Below, piece by piece: positions 62,856-64,000 of a stretch of DNA of 64,000 bases. The DNA is from Bigelowiella natans CCMP2755 (Eukaryota; Protista; Cercozoa). The stretch is from assembly GCA_000320545.1 (NCBI GenBank), contig ADNK01000778.1, positions 67,578 through 131,577 of the forward strand, read 5' to 3'. The position numbers were made by a program, and so were the translations under genes. Under the pieces are notes generated by a model, which made no database searches, was not told the DNA's origin, and worked only from the letters and a program-made list of their open reading frames with translations. Positions within the stretch are counted from its first letter, which is position 1, and every line of letters starts with the position of its first letter.

Positions 62856-63538
62856 TCATTTAGGTGCTTTCATGGCGCCGTGTTTTTTCTTGCACTCCGC
62901 ATATTTTACTGTACACATAGGAAGGGGTAAGAAAAGTGAGTATGATCGATTTGACTAAGCCACCCCTTCTTTTCCACATATCTCTCTCTTCATGCCTTGT
63001 TCCGCCCCCCCCTCCTCCGAAGAAATTACCTCCGTCGTGGAAGCTACTGCAGAGGTGGTAAGGTTTCTCCATCGACTGATTGTATAGGAGTAGTGGTGGT
63101 TGTAGCAGTAGAAGACGACGATGATGAAGTAGATGTAACTCAAAAATACTACATTGCTTATCAAACGTACCCGCCAGCCTACACCATCTACACCTACTAC
63201 TACCACTGCGTCTATTATTACCTGCTTTTCCAGGCATATTGTCCGCGTATTTGAATGACCTGATGTGGAGGTGGTAGTAGTGGTAGATGATGATGATAAT
63301 GATGAAAATGATGATGGTGAGATTATGGTGATGGGTATAGAGAGGAAGAGATAGGAGCAGCAGCAGTACATATCTTGAGGTAGTTATGGGAGTAGATGAT
63401 GATGGTGTTAAGAGATAGGAATAGATCGGTACAGCAGCAAGATATCATCATGTCCACATCAATAACTTCCCCACTAACCCCTCACACACGCACATCGCAA
63501 ATACCACAGACTGTCGAGCGCAAGTAGGAAATAATCTG

Positions 63539-63574
<36 letters not shown>

Positions 63575-63954
63575 CACATGATAATTACACTGAGTACAAC
63601 ATTTCACAAGGAGGTAGTCGACACGCTCATGCTTTGTCACCCGCTCTCTGCTTTCGTCAAAATAATTTACACAATGCTAAATTATTCTAGATGAAGATTC
63701 CATGTAGATTGAGAGTCATGTCAAGTAGGCGCTCCAGCTTAGAGGAACGCGGGGGGGGGGAGGGGGGGGGGAGGGAGGACCCTATGCCAGTGTGAGTCAC
63801 AGTTTATGATATACGTGCTACCTGTCAACATCATCACACTAACATCAAGAATATATATATATATATATATATATATAGTTTCATTAAAGAAGCATCAATT
63901 GATACGAGGAAAACATCTTCTAAGAACTTTGCAAGGAGAGTGATGTATAGCACA

Positions 63955-64000
<46 letters not shown>
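62856..64000 (-). CDS. 3' exons of an unknown gene continuing beyond the window
   Basis: Short GT-AG-bounded exons can be joined in frame (HSNTRTICLEKQ|SMEKPYHLCSSFHDG|VKYAECKKKHGAMKAPK*), separated by SSR-rich introns. Confidence 0.4.

Overview
This is gene-dense eukaryotic nuclear DNA with GT-AG spliceosomal introns, many filled with microsatellites, so most entries in the ORF track are spurious or single exons. Splicing by eye gives about 14 protein genes, in order: an intronless atypical Rac/Rho GTPase (+), a TPS/TPP trehalose enzyme (-), an intronless plastid-type CNNM/CorC Mg transporter (+), a histidine acid phosphatase (-), an orphan protein with a leader peptide (+), an acylated EF-hand protein (-), an LRR protein (-), a TBC-UBA-PDZ Rab-GAP (+), a secreted glycosyltransferase-like protein (+), a Tudor-Tudor-PP2C phosphatase (-), ARL5 (+), a membrane-anchored ROK-like sugar kinase (-), a glutaredoxin-thioredoxin fusion (+) and a partial unknown gene (-). 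Signal-plus-transit-like leaders suggest an alga with a secondary plastid, possibly a chlorarachniophyte; this is inference only. The strongest unexplained patterns are non-coding. (1) Gene orientation alternates at 11 of 13 junctions. Every spacer containing a gene 3' end holds a 0.35-0.8 kb block rich in TGCA/GCATGC/GCTAGC/CACGTG purine-pyrimidine alternation, while the five head-to-head spacers lack it. (2) A structured element of about 80-90 nt (GAGACGGATG...CATCC..TGTAGC..GCTACA) occurs four times, always in sense orientation shortly after a stop codon. Exon boundaries were read manually and are approximate.
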